Source: Gammaproteobacteria bacterium (GTDB lineage: Bacteria; Pseudomonadota; Gammaproteobacteria; CAJXQU01). Taken from it: a DNA stretch of 64,000 nt. The notes under the pieces were generated by a model. It searched no databases and had not been told where the DNA came from. It was given only the letters and a program-made list of their open reading frames with translations. Location of the stretch: assembly GCA_965238175.1 (NCBI GenBank), contig CBDEGZ010000003.1, forward strand, positions 3,008,001 through 3,072,000, in the 5' to 3' direction. Below, piece after piece: positions 61,717 to 64,000 of this stretch. The stretch's first letter is position 1. The number at the start of each line of letters is the position of its first letter. Made by a program: the position numbers and the translations under genes.

Positions 61717-62821
61717 GGCGGTTTCAACTCCAAAGCGCGCCACTAGCCGTGATTAAAAAGACATGACTTTCCGTCTTGCTAGAATGAGATTGTCGAGATC
61801 TTATTCTATTGGAGAAAAAGCCATGCCTTATCATCATTTTAGCGCAAAAGAACGTCACACCTTAATGTATTTATTGCACTGGGGATTAAGCTATCGAGAC
61901 ATTGGACGACGTCTCAATCGTCACCACAGTACCATTGCCCGAGAAGTCACACGCAATGGTCGCCTACGAAACTTATCTTACTGTAACGAATTTGCTGATA
62001 GACAAGCCTGTCTTCGTAAGACACAGGCTCGCCATTATCGAAAACGTGATAATGCATCTCTTTACGAATTTGTTCAGAAACACTTACATCAACATTGCAT
62101 CAACATTGGTCGCCCGATGCCATCAGCGGTTATTTGAAACGAACAACGACTAAAAGGTACGTCAGTACAGAATGTATTTATCAGTGGATCTATCGAGATG
62201 CGTTTGATGGAGGTGAGTTATATACTTGCTTGAGCTCTCAACATAACAAACGTAAACGACAGCGCCCAGCAGGTAAGCGAAGCCATATCCCTGGCCGCGT
62301 TTGTATTGAAGAACGTCCTACTGTTGTCGACAGACGTAACCGACTGGGCGATTGGGAAGGTGATACGGTTGAAGGATGCAAAGGCGGGGGTGGATTAGCG
62401 ACGCATGTCGAACGTAAGAGTCGTTTTTTGCTTGCTGAGAAATTAATGGATGGCTGTGCAGATACGTTTACCATGGCCACTAAGAAATGTTTTAAATCCA
62501 TTCCAGAGACGTTGTGTAAGACACTGACTTTGGACAATGGTAGTGAAAATGTACGGCATCATGAAATAGCACAAAGTAAACAAATGTCCGTTTATTTTAC
62601 GCATCCATACTCCCCTTGGGAGCGTGGTACAAATGAGCAAACCAACGGCTTGTTACGACGTTACTTTCCAAAAGGCACGGACTTCCGTAAAGTAACAAAA
62701 AGGCAGATTAAAAAAGCCGTTACATTAATTAATCAACGACCTCGTAAATCACTCAACTATCGAACACCGGAAGAGGTCTTTTTGAAAGCCGTTAATGGCG
62801 CACTTGGAACTTGAAACCGCC
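61717..62821 (+). mobile_element. IS30-family insertion sequence
   Basis: 25-bp inverted repeats ggcggtttcaactccaaagcgcgcc / ggcgcacttggaacttgaaaccgcc (21 of 25 match); ATA flanks both sides (61714-61716 and 62822-62824). Confidence 0.93.
61823..62814 (+). pseudogene. IS30 transposase, frameshifted by an 11-bp tandem duplication
   Basis: HTH region (IGRRLNRHHSTIAREV.RN), then WSPDAIS, GDWEGDT, TLDNGSE, WERGTNE.TNGLLR; catcaacattg duplicated at 62087-62108. Confidence 0.9.
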
Positions 62822-62874
62822 ATATTTAACGTCTGTCGATAACGTTACTACTCTAAATCTAAAAAATTTAAAGC

Positions 62875-64000
62875 ATGAACAGTATCACAATAAAATTCAA
62901 ACTTTACAGTTTGGCTGGACTGATTTCGGTCGGTTTAGTTCTATTAACAATAATAGCGATCCATTCCTTCTCAAATATAAAATTTTTAAATAAAAACCTG
63001 GTGCTAGTTCAGTCCAGTAAGGCTGATATGTTAATACTACGCAGAAATGAAAAAGACTTTCTGGCTCGGTTAGATAGTAAATATCAACAAAAATTTAAAA
63101 AGAATTTCGATATTTTAATCGACAAAACCACTAAATTTAAAAAAGATATTAACGTAATCGGCTTAAACAACGAAAAAGAACTCAGCACGCTTATTCAATA
63201 TTTACAAATCTACGAATCATCCTTTAATAAAATCGTTACTCTTTATCAAAAGATAGGGTTAAATCATGAATCAGGTTTGCGTGGTGATCTACGTAAATCA
63301 GTTCATGCTGCTGAAGCATTATTAAAACAATTTAATTCAATTCAACTCACTGTCGATATGTTGATGCTTCGTCGTAATGAAAAAGATTTCATCTTACGAA
63401 AAGATGAAAAGTACCTTAAAAAATTTGAGCGCAACTATGCTCTTTTCAATCAGAATTTGAACGAATCATCCCTCTCTAATAAAAAGAAAAATGATATTGT
63501 CTCGAAAATGAATGTTTATCGTTCTACGTTCAAGAAATTCAGTCAGAATCATATACAACTTGGGCTTACACCTAAAACAGGTCTTCACGGTGAAATGCGT
63601 GCTGCAATCCATAAAACTGAAGATAGCTTTAACACCATAAGTACCGCATTGTCAGATAATCTCGATTCGAAAACTAACTTTATTTATAAAAAATTATTGC
63701 TTATAGTCGGTATTTTTATTGCGCTAATACTGGGCGCCATGATATCCATGTCTCGATCAGTAAATAGACGCCTCGGATATTTACAAGCTCATTTAAATGA
63801 AGTGGTCTTGAAAAAAGGTGATTTATCAGCCTCCATCCAAATTGGTGGTAACGATGAGGTAACTGTAATCAGCCAATTGTTTAATCAATTCTCCGCAAAC
63901 TTAAAAGAAACTTTCAGTAAAATACCTGCACTTTCTGAAACTCTCGAAAAAGAATCAAACCTGAATACAACTATCTCAGAGCAAACATATCAATTGGCTA
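62875..64000 (+). CDS. Chemoreceptor (MCP-like), N-terminal part, truncated by window end
   Basis: TM1, periplasmic domain with two DML.LRRNEKDF repeats, TM2, HAMP (GDLS...GNDEV...FNQF). Confidence 0.85.
   Translation, partial: MNSITIKFKLYSLAGLISVGLVLLTIIAIHSFSNIKFLNKNLVLVQSSKADMLILRRNEKDFLARLDSKYQQKFKKNFDILIDKTTKFKKDINVIGLNNEKELSTLIQYLQIYESSFNKIVTLYQKIGLNHESGLRGDLRKSVHAAEALLKQFNSIQLTVDMLMLRRNEKDFILRKDEKYLKKFERNYALFNQNLNESSLSNKKKNDIVSKMNVYRSTFKKFSQNHIQLGLTPKTGLHGEMRAAIHKTEDSFNTISTALSDNLDSKTNFIYKKLLLIVGIFIALILGAMISMSRSVNRRLGYLQAHLNEVVLKKGDLSASIQIGGNDEVTVISQLFNQFSANLKETFSKIPALSETLEKESNLNTTISEQTYQLA

Noticed and set aside
61763-62137. Programmed frameshift between two IS30 ORFs
   Set aside because: IS30 transposases are single ORFs, and the break is fully explained by an 11-bp duplication.

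Overview
This is an AT-rich chromosomal window, most likely from a gammaproteobacterium. In order it contains: the 3' part of an Xps-like type II secretion operon (gspE-F-I-J-K-L-M-N); a stand-alone subtilase-propeptide-like gene, an SGNH protein, an S8 protease with FG-GAP repeats and nucleotide-sugar/glycosyltransferase genes; an MCP, an MscS channel and alpha-2-macroglobulin/pbpC; a ~3.6 kb decayed accessory patch (29.7-33.3 kb) with probable orphan toxin/immunity cassettes, TGTAAGGCCTGACCCTG repeats and IS3/IS256 fragments; envelope genes (DUF853 ATPase, BON-OmpA pair, mscL, DUF4197, OmpA lipoprotein); squalene synthase; an internally duplicated 1360-aa membrane protein; a CxxCH membrane protein; pckG; TSUP; algI/algJ-like genes; rhlE; arfB; htpG; a DUF1538-DUF1538-PII-CBS-mutS operon; a frameshifted IS30; and a truncated MCP. 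The best candidates for poorly described biology are the PII/CBS-linked DUF1538 putative transporter operon, the repeat-bounded toxin/immunity cassette, the free I9-like protease inhibitor gene, the duplicated giant membrane protein, and an IS30 that splits a sigma28 promoter. No rRNA, tRNA or CRISPR array was recognised. All family assignments come from motif recognition by eye, not from database searches.
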